Counted from the first letter of the stretch, positions 38,497-49,435 are shown. The stretch: DNA of 64,000 nt from Treponemataceae bacterium (GCA_963677895.2 CAXXGJ010000018.1:32001-96000), one strand, 5' to 3'. Notes: generated from the sequence alone by a model not told the origin. Made by a program: numbers and translations.

Positions 38497-39256
38497 TACC
38501 ATGCTCTCCACCGACAAGGTGGTGATGAGATTCGGCGGCCTTACCGCCGTTTCCGATTTCAACATCCAGATCGATAAGAACGAGATCGTCGGGCTCATCG
38601 GGCCGAACGGCGCAGGTAAAACGACGGCCTTCAACGTCATAACCGGAATGTACACGCCGACGGAGGGCAAGGTCCTCTACAAGTCGCGGGACATCACCGG
38701 CTACAAGCCGCATTCGATCACGGAACTCGGCATAGCGCGAACCTTCCAGAACATCAGGCTTTTCAAGGAAATGAGCGTGCTCGAGAACGTCCTTGTCGGC
38801 TGCCATCTAGGCATCGGCACGGGGATTTTCGGCGCCACCCTCCATCTGCCGGCCTATCGGAAGAGGGAAGCGGAGGCGCGTGAGTTCGCCATGAATCTGC
38901 TTGCGCAGGTGGAACTCGACAAGGCGGCCGGCGAAAAGGCGACGAGCCTTCCCTACGGAAAACAGCGGCGGCTGGAGATCGTGCGCGCCCTCGCCACGAA
39001 GCCGACGATGCTTCTTCTCGATGAACCCGCCGCGGGCATGAACCCGCAGGAATCCATGGAACTCATGAGCCTGATCCGCAAACTCCGCGACGAATTCGAC
39101 CTGACCATTTTCCTCATCGAGCACCATATGCAGGTGGTCATGGGCGTCTGCGACCGCATGTACGTGCTCGACTATGGCCTTACGATAGCCCAAGGCGATC
39201 CGGCTTCGATCCAGAAAAACCCGAAAGTCATCGAAGCTTATCTGGGGGTGGACTGA
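38489..39256 (+). CDS. livG: Branched-chain amino acid ABC ATPase
   Basis: GPNGAGKTT, ARTFQNIRLF, LPYG.QRRLEI, LDEPAAG. Confidence 0.93.
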   Translation: MPDTMLSTDKVVMRFGGLTAVSDFNIQIDKNEIVGLIGPNGAGKTTAFNVITGMYTPTEGKVLYKSRDITGYKPHSITELGIARTFQNIRLFKEMSVLENVLVGCHLGIGTGIFGATLHLPAYRKREAEAREFAMNLLAQVELDKAAGEKATSLPYGKQRRLEIVRALATKPTMLLLDEPAAGMNPQESMELMSLIRKLRDEFDLTIFLIEHHMQVVMGVCDRMYVLDYGLTIAQGDPASIQKNPKVIEAYLGVD

Positions 39257-39966
39257 TGCTCGAGATTCGCAACCTGTCGGTGCACTACGGCGGCATCCAC
39301 GCGCTCCAGGGAATAGACATCGACGTGCCGGAAGGCAAGATCGTGACGCTCATCGGAGCCAACGGCGCCGGCAAGAGCACGACGCTCCGGAGCATCGTCG
39401 GCCTCGTCAAATCCTCGGGGGGGAGCGTCGCGTGGAACGGCGAGACCCTGACCGGTCTGCCCACGAAGGACATCGTGTCCAAAGGCGTCGTCCTCGTGCC
39501 CGAAGGACGGAGGATATTCCCAAACCTAACGGTGGAGGAAAACCTGAAGCTGGGCGCCTATGCCCGAAACGACAAGGCCGGCATCGCTGCCGACGAGGAA
39601 AGGATTTTCTCGCTTTTCCCGAGGCTCAAGGAACGTATACGGCAGAAGGGTGGCACCCTTTCGGGCGGCGAGCAGCAGATGCTCGCCGTGGCCAGGGCGC
39701 TCATGACGAAGCCCAAGCTTCTCATGATGGACGAGCCTTCGCTGGGGCTGGCGCCGCTTTTCGTCAAGATGATCTTCGAGATCATAAGGACGATCAACAA
39801 GGAAGGGACCACCGTGCTGCTCATCGAGCAGAACGCCAAGGCCGCCCTCGAAATCGCCGACTATGGCTATGTCCTGGAAACGGGCAGGATCATCCTCCAG
39901 GGCAAGGGCAGGGAGCTGCTGGCGAACGACGGGGTGAGAAAGGCGTATCTGGGCGAGGGGCAATAG
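39256..39966 (+). CDS. livF: Branched-chain amino acid ABC ATPase
   Basis: GANGAGKS, VPEGRRIF, LSGGEQQM, DEPSLGLAP. Confidence 0.93.
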   Translation: MLEIRNLSVHYGGIHALQGIDIDVPEGKIVTLIGANGAGKSTTLRSIVGLVKSSGGSVAWNGETLTGLPTKDIVSKGVVLVPEGRRIFPNLTVEENLKLGAYARNDKAGIAADEERIFSLFPRLKERIRQKGGTLSGGEQQMLAVARALMTKPKLLMMDEPSLGLAPLFVKMIFEIIRTINKEGTTVLLIEQNAKAALEIADYGYVLETGRIILQGKGRELLANDGVRKAYLGEGQ

Positions 39967-40020
39967 GGCGACTGGAACGCTAGGGCGGCTAGGGCAATAG
40001 AGCGGCCGATAATGGGCGGC

Positions 40021-41535
40021 TCAGCCGTGCTCCAGGTGATAGAACCATAACAATCTCGTCACGTTCCTCAAAAAACCGGCGATCATCGCGATGACGAAGA
40101 AAGCCGTTCCTCCCGGTTCCATCGTCATGAGGTCATGGTATTCGATCGGTCTTCCGATGAAGAGACTGACGAGGAAGGGAGCGGCAAAAAGCAGCGCCGC
40201 CCTGACTATCACCCCGAACAGCGTGCGCGACATTATGAAATTCTGGTATATGTTGCCGCGCCCCGTCTCCCTGCGGTCCCTCAAGGTCTTGGTCCACGAA
40301 AGAGCCGTGGCTGTCTGGAGAAGGAGGCTCATCACATAGACCATGAGCGATATGCCGGCTATGAACATCAACCTGCTCAAGGGGAAGAGCCTCGGGCTGG
40401 ACCCGGTAAAAAGCACTTTTTCCGCCGCCGAGGTCAGGAGCGGCAGCACCACATTCGACTGCAGCACGCCGCCCTGCGCCGAAAGAATGGCGATGCCGGC
40501 GTTCCTCTCCGGCCAGATGACCACTCTCGAGGAAAAACCCTCCACCGATCCGCCCTGGAATACGAGACGGTTGCCTTCCTCGGCCACGATGCGCCAGCCG
40601 AAACCCGTGTCGCCGCCGGGGATGAGGGGTTGATAGAGACCGGCCACCGCGGAGGCGGGAAGGCTTGCGATGCCCTTCTTGGGCGGCGCGGTGATGTAGG
40701 AAAGGAACCTGGCGATGTCTTCGGCCGTGGTCACGATGCCGTCGGCAGGAGCCGCTATATAGGGAACGCGGGAATCATAGGGAAAGGAGAGGCCGAAAAA
40801 GAGACCGGAACCGATGGCCACATCCAGGAGGGAATCCGGCCTGGATGTGGTACCGTGCATCCCTAAGGGAATAAGGATGCGCGATTGCAGCAGCTCGTCG
40901 AAACTCGTTTTTTCGGCATTTTCCATGGCCGTGCCCAATATCCTGTACGTCAGCCTGCTGCGGGCGAGCGCTCCCGGCTTGAGCCTGGTTCTCAGGAATT
41001 TTTCCGGATCGAGCACACCGGCTTCCAGACCGGAAATCTTCGACCCGAAATCCTTGAGATCCTGATCGCTGAGGCTTACGGAATGGGATGCGAGCTGGCG
41101 CACGGTGACGACCTTATTCTGCTCCGGGGCGAGTCCGCTGTCCAATTCCGGCGCCATCTTGATGTTTCTCAGCCCATAGAGGGGAATCTCGGGGAGGTAG
41201 GTGCTGATGTCGTCGTCGAGCGATATGAGCTTTTGCAGCGTAAGCGAATAGAGGAGGGCGCCCGAGAGAATTTCCGAACTCGGGCCCAGATACATGGGCG
41301 TATCCTTGGCCAGGGCATGCCCCAATCCGTCATGGCCGAAGGATTCCTGGTAAAAAATGGATCCGTTCTTGCAAATGGCTACCGAAAAGCCCGCGTTGGC
41401 CTGCCGCGATCGCTCGTGCCTGAACATCGTGGAAAAATCGTCGTATTTTTCCGGACCGAGGTCGGGCAGATAGACAATGACCGCCATGGAGGCGGCGATG
41501 ATTATCCAGGGAATAAGTTTTCTTAGCCAGCGCAT
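40021..41535 (-). CDS. Beta-lactamase-family serine hydrolase homolog, membrane-anchored, catalytic motifs degenerate
   Basis: LDD.I..YLPE, TVRQLASH, IL.PLGM..T, T..D.ARF, GFGW; N-terminal TM and three C-terminal TMs; SxxK position reads PSSE. Confidence 0.75.
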   Translation of the reverse strand: MRWLRKLIPWIIIAASMAVIVYLPDLGPEKYDDFSTMFRHERSRQANAGFSVAICKNGSIFYQESFGHDGLGHALAKDTPMYLGPSSEILSGALLYSLTLQKLISLDDDISTYLPEIPLYGLRNIKMAPELDSGLAPEQNKVVTVRQLASHSVSLSDQDLKDFGSKISGLEAGVLDPEKFLRTRLKPGALARSRLTYRILGTAMENAEKTSFDELLQSRILIPLGMHGTTSRPDSLLDVAIGSGLFFGLSFPYDSRVPYIAAPADGIVTTAEDIARFLSYITAPPKKGIASLPASAVAGLYQPLIPGGDTGFGWRIVAEEGNRLVFQGGSVEGFSSRVVIWPERNAGIAILSAQGGVLQSNVVLPLLTSAAEKVLFTGSSPRLFPLSRLMFIAGISLMVYVMSLLLQTATALSWTKTLRDRRETGRGNIYQNFIMSRTLFGVIVRAALLFAAPFLVSLFIGRPIEYHDLMTMEPGGTAFFVIAMIAGFLRNVTRLLWFYHLEHG

Positions 41536-41650
41536 TGGGCAAAGTATAGCAGGGTATGGACGTCTGTGCCAGCTTGGGCCGCTATGCGAAGGAAGAACCG
41601 CGCTGTGTCGACGGCGCGGTTCTTCCTTCGAGGAAAGGTTTGGGGAAGGG

Positions 41651-43816
41651 TCAGAGCGAGTAGAGGAGATCCTCATAGCTGGGGATGGGCCAGTCGAATT
41701 TAGGCATAAGCCTTTCAAGCTCGTCGCAGACGCTGCGCAGGGAATCCATCCTCGGTACCACGGCATCGCGATAGGACTGCGCGCCCGCGAGGGAATCCTC
41801 GATTCGCTGCGCGTCGTTCAGGGCGATCTCCAGCCTGTCCGATTCGTCGATGAGATGACCCGTGAGCGAAGCCATGCGGCGAGCCCGCTGTTCCTGCGCC
41901 GCGCAGGGCGCCCCTACGGCGGCCAGGCTCGCCGCTTCGCGCGCATAGGTTTCGGCGCTCTTCGACGCGGCGGGGAAAATATAGCGTCTCGACATATCCA
42001 GGGCGACGCCCGCTTCGATATTCACCTGTTTTGCGTAGCGTTCAAGGTAGATGACGCAGCGGGATTCGGCTTCTTCCCTCGAGAGTATGCCGAGTCCGGA
42101 AAGCATGGATACGTTGGATTCCTCCATGAACTCGGGAATGGCTTCCACGGCCGACCTGAAGAAGGGCAGGCCGCGCGCCGCCGCTTCCTTTATCCATTCC
42201 GCCGAATACCCGTTTCCGTTGAAAACGACCCTCTTGTGAGCCTTCCACGCGGCGCCGGCGACGGCTATCGCGGCTTCGATCGGCGAGTCGCCTTTCGCTA
42301 TGGCTTTCTCGAGCTTTTCGCCGAAATCGGTGAGGCTCTCGGCGATCGCCGCGTTCAGCACCATGGAGGGAGTCGCCGCAGACTGGGAGGAAGCCACCAT
42401 CCTGAATTCGAATTTATTGCCCGTAAAAGCGAAGGGGCTCGTCCTGTTTCTGTCCGACACGTCCTTGGGCAGTTTAGGCAGGCTTTTCGCGCCCAATTCC
42501 ACAAGGCCGAGGGCGAGGTTGGGCTTTTTCTTTCCATTGGAGAGGGAGTCGAAGAGTTCGGTCAGCGAATCGCCGAGGAATACCGAAATGATGGAAGGGG
42601 GAGCCTCGTGGCCGCCCAGCCTTCTGTCGTTGCCGGCTGTCGAGGCTGAGGCCCGTATGAGGGCCGCCCTCGTATCGACCGCCTGGATCACGGCTACCGT
42701 GAAGAGGATGAATCGGGCTATGGCCTTCGACGTTTCCTCTCCCTCGGCGGAGAGCGCCTTGGCGGGTTCGAGGAGGTTGATGCCGGTGTTCGTGCATATC
42801 GACCAGTTGACGTGCTTGCCGGATCCGTTGACGCCGTCGAAAGGCTTCTCATGCATGAGCGCCGTCATGCCATGGCGTTCCGCTACCTTGCGGAGGGTCT
42901 CCATGACAAGCTGGTTGGCATCGGCGGCTATATTGGCCTGGGTGAAGATGACCGCGAGCTCGAACTGGTTGGGGGCAACCTCGTTGTGCTGGGTCTTGGC
43001 CGGAACGCCCATGGACCAGAGTTCCTTGTTCACTTCGCTCATGAAGGCCGCGACTTTTTCCTCGATGGCGCCGTAGTAATGGTCCTCCATCTCCTGTCCC
43101 TTCGCCGGCATCGAGCCGAAGACGGTTCTGCCGGTCAACACGAGATCGGGCCGTTTTCTGTAAAGCTCGGCGTTGACGAGGAAATATTCCTGCTCCGGCC
43201 CGACGGTCGGGAAGACCCTATCCACGTCGGTGTCGCCCAGGAGGTGGAGCACCTTCACGGCCGCCTTGCCAAGCGCTTCCATGGACCTGAGGAGCGGCAC
43301 TTTTTTGTCGAGAGCCTGTCCGTTGTATGAGACGAAGGCTGTCGGGATGCAGAGCGTTATGCCCTTGGGATTCGTTTTGAGAAAAGCGGGGCTTGTGACA
43401 TCCCAGGCCGTATAGCCGCGCGCCTCGAAGGTGGCGCGCAGGCCGCCTGAGGCGAAACTCGAGGCATCGGGTTCGCCCTTGACGAGTTCCTTCCCTGAAA
43501 ATTCCATTATGACGCCGCCGTCGGCGAGCGGTGAAACGAAAGATTCGTGCTTTTCTGCGGTAAGCCCCGAAAGCGGATGGAACCAATGAGTATAGTGCGT
43601 GGCGCCTTGTTCGGAGGCCCATTCCTTCATGGCCGCCGCGACGACCTCGGCTACTTCGAGGGTAAGCTCTTTCTTGCCGGTCTGCACGAGCAGGAGTTCG
43701 GAAAAGATGGAGCGGGGGAGTCGTTCTCGCAGGATATTGTTGGAGAAACAATGATTCCCGTAAAGGTCCGATAATCTTTCGACGGAGCGCGCCTTGTCGA
43801 GGTCAGGCTTTTCCAT
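41651..43816 (-). CDS. glnA: Glutamine synthetase type III (GlnN)
   Basis: GATHYTHWF.PL, GEPDASSF..GGLRATFEARGYTAWD, HNEVAPNQ, DRNRTSPFAFTGNKFEFR. Confidence 0.95.
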   Translation of the reverse strand: MEKPDLDKARSVERLSDLYGNHCFSNNILRERLPRSIFSELLLVQTGKKELTLEVAEVVAAAMKEWASEQGATHYTHWFHPLSGLTAEKHESFVSPLADGGVIMEFSGKELVKGEPDASSFASGGLRATFEARGYTAWDVTSPAFLKTNPKGITLCIPTAFVSYNGQALDKKVPLLRSMEALGKAAVKVLHLLGDTDVDRVFPTVGPEQEYFLVNAELYRKRPDLVLTGRTVFGSMPAKGQEMEDHYYGAIEEKVAAFMSEVNKELWSMGVPAKTQHNEVAPNQFELAVIFTQANIAADANQLVMETLRKVAERHGMTALMHEKPFDGVNGSGKHVNWSICTNTGINLLEPAKALSAEGEETSKAIARFILFTVAVIQAVDTRAALIRASASTAGNDRRLGGHEAPPSIISVFLGDSLTELFDSLSNGKKKPNLALGLVELGAKSLPKLPKDVSDRNRTSPFAFTGNKFEFRMVASSQSAATPSMVLNAAIAESLTDFGEKLEKAIAKGDSPIEAAIAVAGAAWKAHKRVVFNGNGYSAEWIKEAAARGLPFFRSAVEAIPEFMEESNVSMLSGLGILSREEAESRCVIYLERYAKQVNIEAGVALDMSRRYIFPAASKSAETYAREAASLAAVGAPCAAQEQRARRMASLTGHLIDESDRLEIALNDAQRIEDSLAGAQSYRDAVVPRMDSLRSVCDELERLMPKFDWPIPSYEDLLYSL

Positions 43817-43863
43817 GATTTTCTCCTTGGAGGTAATGGGTAACGGAATATGTGAGTTAATAA

Positions 43864-43880
43864 AGCAAGTGTCGTGCCAA
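43864..43880 (-). promoter_or_regulatory. Sigma54 (-24/-12) promoter of glnA
   Basis: Minus strand TTGGCACGACACTTGCT = TGGCAC-N5-TTGC. Confidence 0.88.
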
Positions 43881-44039
43881 ATATGTTTTTTATTGTGCGA
43901 GTTTTTGCCTTTGATTGTATTTCCAGATCGAGCAGGGAGCTGCGCGCTGCCTTGGCATCTCGCGCTCCGCGAAGTGCGAGGAAAATTTCGCTGAATTTAA
44001 TTTATATTGCTACATATATGTAGTAATAGTTATAAAATA

Positions 44040-45596
44040 CTACAATTTTGTCCGATAACTGCGATAGTCCAGCTTGTAATGCTGGAGGGCGAAGCGGAAT
44101 CGCCTTTCGGTTATGCCGAGACGGCGCGCCGCCGAAGCCGAATTGCCCCGTTCTATCTTCAGCGCCTCCACGAGCATTTCCTTTTCCAGCCTGGCGATGG
44201 CGCCGTCGAAGGTCGATATGGGCTCGGTGCCCGTGGAGCTGGCCGACTGGAGACTGGGCGGCAGGTTGTAGGAATGGATCACGCCGTCGGTGGAGACGAT
44301 TCCCGCGCGCGAGATGCAGTTTTCCAATTCCCGTACGTTGCCGGGCCAATGATAGATCATGAGCAGGTCGAGGGCCGGGCTGGATATCCGCTTGATGTGC
44401 CTGCCCGAAGCGGCCCCGAATTTCTCGGCGAAATAGTCGGCGAGGAGGAGTATATCGGCGCCCCTTTCCCTCAGGGGAGGCAGATGGATCGGAAAAACGT
44501 TCAGCCGGAAGAAGAGATCCTGCCTGAAATTGCCCGCTTTCACCTCCTCCAGGAGGTCGCGGTGGGTGGCGGTGAGTATCCTCGCGTTGGTTTTTATGGG
44601 TTTGTTCCCGCCCACGCGCTCAAAACTACGTTCTTGTAGGATTCTTAGCAGTTTTACCTGAACGGAGGGCGAGAGATCCCCGATTTCATCCAAAAAAAGC
44701 GTTCCGTCCCTGGCCGTTTCGAAGCGGCCCTGTCTCGAGGCGATGGCGCCGGTGAAGGCGCCCTTTTCGTGACCGAAGAGCTCGCTTTCGATGATGCTTT
44801 CGGGGAGGGCCGCGCAGTTGACGGCTACAAAAGGTCCTTCTGCCTTCGCGCTGCAGTCGTGTATGGCTCTTGCCACGAGTTCCTTTCCGGTTCCGCTTTC
44901 GCCCAGGATGAGGACGGTGGCATTGGTGCCCGACACTTGCTCTATCAACGTGAAGACTTCCTTCATTCGGTCAGAAGTTCCGATGATGCCGTGGAATGAT
45001 ACGCCCTGGACGCCTTCCGCTGCTTCCCTTGCTGGAGGATTCTTTTCGGCAGGTTTCTGTTCCGCCGGTTCTCTCTCCGCGTCAAGGTTCAGGTTCTTCG
45101 CTTTCTGGAGCAGATTTGCCCTGAGCCCCAGAGCCTCTTCCACGAGATAGCAGGTCCACTGCACCAGTTCGGCCGCCAGGGCTCTGCGCGCCGTCGGAAA
45201 ATCCGCTTCGAGGAGGAGGCTTATGGCTCCCGCGATCGTCTTTTCGTTCCAGATGGGCGCTTCGATGCAATATGTCCGCCTGTCCATATCGCAGACGACC
45301 AGTTCTTCCTTTTCAAGCGCTTTTCCGCAGGGGAAGCTCCCCATCCTTATCGGGGAATGGGCGTATCGATCCTGGGCAGCGGCGGGCGCGGCGGCGACTA
45401 TTTTCATGCTTTCGCCGGCCTTTCCAGTAAAGCCTATGATCGCTTCGCCGGGCGCGCAGGCTTCCGCGAGTTTTTGCGCGCAGAGGGGGAGGGCGGTCAG
45501 GGTCTCGCCGTGGAGGGAGAGAATTCTTTGTATCGAGAAGAGGACAGGCAGGTTTTCCGCGCTTGGCTGTTTCCTTAACGAACTCGTCGCCGCCAT
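44040..45596 (-). CDS. Sigma54-dependent activator, NifA-like (GAF-like + AAA+ + HTH)
   Basis: [40 protein letters not shown], Fis-type HTH; no receiver domain; GGAGGA SD before ATG 45596. Confidence 0.9.
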   Translation of the reverse strand: MAATSSLRKQPSAENLPVLFSIQRILSLHGETLTALPLCAQKLAEACAPGEAIIGFTGKAGESMKIVAAAPAAAQDRYAHSPIRMGSFPCGKALEKEELVVCDMDRRTYCIEAPIWNEKTIAGAISLLLEADFPTARRALAAELVQWTCYLVEEALGLRANLLQKAKNLNLDAEREPAEQKPAEKNPPAREAAEGVQGVSFHGIIGTSDRMKEVFTLIEQVSGTNATVLILGESGTGKELVARAIHDCSAKAEGPFVAVNCAALPESIIESELFGHEKGAFTGAIASRQGRFETARDGTLFLDEIGDLSPSVQVKLLRILQERSFERVGGNKPIKTNARILTATHRDLLEEVKAGNFRQDLFFRLNVFPIHLPPLRERGADILLLADYFAEKFGAASGRHIKRISSPALDLLMIYHWPGNVRELENCISRAGIVSTDGVIHSYNLPPSLQSASSTGTEPISTFDGAIARLEKEMLVEALKIERGNSASAARRLGITERRFRFALQHYKLDYRSYRTKL

Positions 45597-45787
45597 GTAT
45601 TCCTCCATCCGTAATGATCCATTTTCCGCGGCCTTTGTCAATCGACGGCATGCGCCCGAGGAAGGGCGATGGTTTTCGCGGGCCTTGATTCGTTCGATGG
45701 AATCCGCATAAAGATCGAAAAATTTGAATATTTCGTGATTCTCCCCCTTGAAGTCGATCAAAATGCGTGATACGTTCGGTTTCACCG

Positions 45788-45957
45788 ATGGAGGAGCGAT
45801 TCCCATCAGTACGGCGGCTGAGGGCTTGGGTCCCTGCGATGTCGCCCGAAAGGGGAGGATCGCCGAAGGGCAACAAGAGCACCCAAAGCTTTTGCCTTGG
45901 ACGACCGGGCTAATACCCGGCGGCTGTCGCGGGAATCCAAAACCCGCGGAGCGCCAG
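45788..45957 (+). promoter_or_regulatory. Lysine riboswitch (L-box)
   Basis: GAGGAGCG..AGTA...GAAAGGGG..ATCGCCGAAG...CTGTCGC...GCGGAGCGCCA conserved blocks, directly upstream of asd-lysC-dap. Confidence 0.88.
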
Positions 45958-46041
45958 ACGTACGCCTTCTTCCCCTGATGCGGCATATCCGCAGCTTGTT
46001 GAAGAGCTACACATGGGCCTTTCTTCGGATTGGAGGCACAC

Positions 46042-47277
46042 ATGCGTGGCTTTCGATCCGTGGGGCGGAGCGGTATACACAACGCCGATTTCCGTATTTC
46101 CCCACAGAGCGATGATGAATCTCGGACAGTCTCTCCCGTTTCCTCCGGCTGCGTCACCAATAGTGACGGCGTCACTATTGGTGACGATGCCACTGGTCCC
46201 GAGCCCAGGTTGAGGGTGGCCGTGCTCGGCGCCACCGGCGTCGTCGGACAGCGCTTCGTACGCAGACTCGTGAATCACCCCCATTTCGAACTGGTCGCCC
46301 TGGCGGCGAGCGAGCGCTCGGTGGGCAAGGCGTATAAAGATGCGTGTACCTGGCACCTCGACGGCGAAGCTTTCGCCGGCTGCGGCGACTTCATCATCCA
46401 GGCCTGCGATCCGGAATCGGTGGACGCCGATCTTGTCTTTTCCGCCTTGGACGCCGAGCCCGCGCGCGAGATAGAGCCGGCCTTCGCGGCCGCCGGCGCC
46501 TTCGTGTTTTCGAACGCCAGCGCCTTCAGGATGGACGATGATGTCCCCCTGCTGATTCCCGAACTCAACGCTTCCCATCTTGGGATCCTGGAACGTCAGA
46601 AAGCCAACAGGGGCTGGAAAGGCGCCATAATCACCAACCCCAACTGCACGACGGTCGTCCTGGCGAGCGCCCTCGCCCCTCTCGACAGGGCTTTCGGCAT
46701 CGAAGCCGTCATGATGACGAGCATGCAGGCCATCTCGGGCGCGGGCTATCCGGGCGTGAGCGCCATGGATATTTCCGGCAACGTGATTCCCCATATCAGG
46801 AACGAAGAGCCCAAGGTCGAAGTCGAGGCGGACAAGATTCTGGGCCGGCTTCGGGGCAAAGGCCTCGAGGCCAGGCAGGAAGCGGCGGCTTTTCCGGTAT
46901 CCGCCACCTGCACGAGGGTTCCCGTCATCGAAGGCCATACGATAGCCGTTTCGGTCCGCCTCAAGGGGAACCCCACGGTCGCGGAGGTGGAGAAAGCCTT
47001 CAGGGACTTCGTGCCGGAAACCGCGGGCTTGAACTTGCACAGCGCCCCCGAGCGCTTCATAGTGGTAAGCGACAATCCCGACAGGCCTCAGCCCAAGCGG
47101 GATGTGGAGGTGGACGGCGGCATGCGCGTCACGATAGGGCGTATACGATCCTGCCCCGTGCTCGGCATCAAGTTCATCGCCCTCGGTCACAACACGGAAA
47201 GGGGCGCGGCTGGCGCCTCCGTCCTGAATGCTGAACTGGCCTATGCCAAGGAGGTGCTGCAATGGGTATCACGGTGA
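46042..47277 (+). CDS. asd: Aspartate-semialdehyde dehydrogenase (with ~55-aa N-terminal extension)
   Basis: [50 protein letters not shown] before ATG 46042. Confidence 0.92.
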   Translation: MRGFRSVGRSGIHNADFRISPQSDDESRTVSPVSSGCVTNSDGVTIGDDATGPEPRLRVAVLGATGVVGQRFVRRLVNHPHFELVALAASERSVGKAYKDACTWHLDGEAFAGCGDFIIQACDPESVDADLVFSALDAEPAREIEPAFAAAGAFVFSNASAFRMDDDVPLLIPELNASHLGILERQKANRGWKGAIITNPNCTTVVLASALAPLDRAFGIEAVMMTSMQAISGAGYPGVSAMDISGNVIPHIRNEEPKVEVEADKILGRLRGKGLEARQEAAAFPVSATCTRVPVIEGHTIAVSVRLKGNPTVAEVEKAFRDFVPETAGLNLHSAPERFIVVSDNPDRPQPKRDVEVDGGMRVTIGRIRSCPVLGIKFIALGHNTERGAAGASVLNAELAYAKEVLQWVSR

Positions 47278-48695
47278 TGAAATTCGGCGGCGACGCGTTG
47301 GCGGATTCCGCCGGCATCCGTGAAATCGCCGACCGCGTACGGGAAGGCATCAGGGCGCCGGAAACGGCTGCCGCCCTTTCGGGCCAGGATAGCGTGCTCG
47401 TCGTGGTGTCCGCCATGGAAGGCGTGACCGATTCGCTTTTCCTCGCCGCGAGCGCGGCCAAGGACGCCGATCTTTCGGTGGCCAGGCGTGTCTGCGCCGC
47501 GCTTAGAAGCCGTCACCTGGAAGCCGCGCGCGAGCTGAAACCCGAGGGGAGCGCGGGCGCCGAGGCTGAAATCGAATCCATCGTAGTGGCCCTCGATTCT
47601 CGCCTTCAGGGCGTGCGGCTCGTCGGCGAGCTCAGCGACAGGAATATGGACGAAATCGCCACCGCGGGCGAGCGGCTCTGCAGCATATTGGTGGCGCTGG
47701 CGCTCGACGCCCCCTGCGTCGACGCGCGCACGATGCTGCGCACCGATTCCCGGTTCGGGCGAGCGAGACCCGACGTCGCGGCCACCGCGCGTCTCGTCGC
47801 CGAACGCCTCCTGCCTCTGCTGGAACCCGGACGCATAGCCGTGACTCAGGGCTATATCGGTTCCGACAGCCTCGGCAGCACCACGACCCTGGGGCGGGGC
47901 GGCTCCGACTATTCGGCGAGTCTCTTCGGGGCGGCCGTCAAAGCCTCGGAAATACAGATCTGGACGGATTCCGAAGGCATCCTCACCGGGGATCCCGAGG
48001 TCGTGCCCCAGGCTCGCACCGTGGACGTGCTCGGCTACGAGGAGGCCTCGGAACTGGTGGCTTTCGGCGCCAGAATCCTCCACCCGGCGACGATAAGGCC
48101 GGCGCTCGAGGCGGGCATTCCCGTCACCGTGCGCAGCGTGGCCAAACCCCAAGGCCTTTTCTCGACAATCAGGCCGGGAACTTCCAGCGGAAAGTCGGTG
48201 GTCGCCATAGCGATGCGCCGAAACGTGGCGGTGATTAGCGTTCGCCAAGAATTGATGATGGAGCAGGCCGGATTCCTCGCCTGCCTCTTCGCCGCCTTCG
48301 GACGACTCGGCGTCAGCGTCGATCTCGTTTCCACGTCCGAAATATGCGTTTCCATCTCCCTCGACATGGACGCCCCTCTCGACAAGATCTCGGCCGAGCT
48401 GGCCGAACTCGGCACCGTCGATATCATGAGGGACAGGGCGGTCATAGCCGTCGTGGGCGACATGCTCAAGGAAACGCCCGCCCTCCTGCGGAAAACCTTC
48501 GACGCCCTGGGCGATGTGGACATCGACATGCTGAGCATGGGCGCCAACGACATCAACCTCAGCCTCGTGCTCAAGGCCGAAGCGGCCGACCAGGCCCTAC
48601 GGCGTCTTCATGCCGCCTTTTTCGAGGGTTCGTCATCCGGCGTGTCGCCGGATGACGGCGCTTTCGGCACGAACCCGCCGAGGGAGGGATCATGA
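47262..48695 (+). CDS. lysC: Aspartate kinase
   Basis: MKFGG, VVVSAM, TTLGRGGSDYSA, ILHP; ACT domains. Confidence 0.92.
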   Translation: MGITVMKFGGDALADSAGIREIADRVREGIRAPETAAALSGQDSVLVVVSAMEGVTDSLFLAASAAKDADLSVARRVCAALRSRHLEAARELKPEGSAGAEAEIESIVVALDSRLQGVRLVGELSDRNMDEIATAGERLCSILVALALDAPCVDARTMLRTDSRFGRARPDVAATARLVAERLLPLLEPGRIAVTQGYIGSDSLGSTTTLGRGGSDYSASLFGAAVKASEIQIWTDSEGILTGDPEVVPQARTVDVLGYEEASELVAFGARILHPATIRPALEAGIPVTVRSVAKPQGLFSTIRPGTSSGKSVVAIAMRRNVAVISVRQELMMEQAGFLACLFAAFGRLGVSVDLVSTSEICVSISLDMDAPLDKISAELAELGTVDIMRDRAVIAVVGDMLKETPALLRKTFDALGDVDIDMLSMGANDINLSLVLKAEAADQALRRLHAAFFEGSSSGVSPDDGAFGTNPPREGS

Positions 48696-49435
48696 GATTG
48701 GGCGTCTTCGGAAGAGGGCGGCTGGGCGGAGCCATCGCGACCGAAATAGCGCGGTACACGGCCGCTCCCGACGCTCTCGAACTGGCCTGGACCGAAGGCA
48801 GGGAAATGGGGCCGAGGACTCGCGTCGAGGTGGCCGTCGACGCGAGCAACGCCGCCGCCGTGGAGGAACACCTGGAATGGGCGCTCCGGAGCGGAACCGA
48901 TCTTGTCATCGCCACCACCGGCTGGAAAATTCCCGATTTGAACGAAAGAGTGGGCGGGCGCATCGGCGTCCTTGTGGCCTCCAACCTCAGCATGGGCGTC
49001 GCGCTCATGCGCCGACTCGCCCTCATGGTCGGAGCCTACGCGGCGATGGATCAGGATTCGGACATCGGCATCATCGAGCATCATCATAAAATGAAGCAGG
49101 ACGCGCCATCGGGCACGGCCCTCAACCTGGCGCTCGCGATCCAGTCCTCCTGTCCTCGCTATACGGGATGGAACATGGGATCCAACGAAAAAGACAAGAT
49201 AAACATGGCATCCCTGCGCACGGGCTACGAAATCGGGAGGCACGAACTCACCCTCGATTCGGCCTTCGAGACGCTGACCATTACCCATCGCGCCAAGGAC
49301 AGGCGGGTTTTCGCCTCCGGGGCGATGAGGGGAGCCACATGGATATGGGGACGCAAGGGCGTCTTCACTATGGACGATTTTGCCTCCGAGGAGTTCGGGG
49401 GAAGGAAGCCGGCGCGAAATCCGGCGGGAGCGTAG
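48692..49435 (+). CDS. dapB: 4-hydroxy-tetrahydrodipicolinate reductase
   Basis: G.GRLG, ATTGW, EHHHKMKQDAPSGTA. Confidence 0.9.
   Translation: MRLGVFGRGRLGGAIATEIARYTAAPDALELAWTEGREMGPRTRVEVAVDASNAAAVEEHLEWALRSGTDLVIATTGWKIPDLNERVGGRIGVLVASNLSMGVALMRRLALMVGAYAAMDQDSDIGIIEHHHKMKQDAPSGTALNLALAIQSSCPRYTGWNMGSNEKDKINMASLRTGYEIGRHELTLDSAFETLTITHRAKDRRVFASGAMRGATWIWGRKGVFTMDDFASEEFGGRKPARNPAGA

Noticed and set aside
39957..40022. Degenerate GGGCAATAG/TAGGGCG repeats between livF and the hydrolase homolog
   Set aside because: Too short and irregular for a CRISPR or defined repeat family; probably local duplication.
45597..46235. 731-aa version of the sigma54 activator
   Set aside because: The extension overlaps the lysine riboswitch and asd; a strong SD supports the start at 45596.
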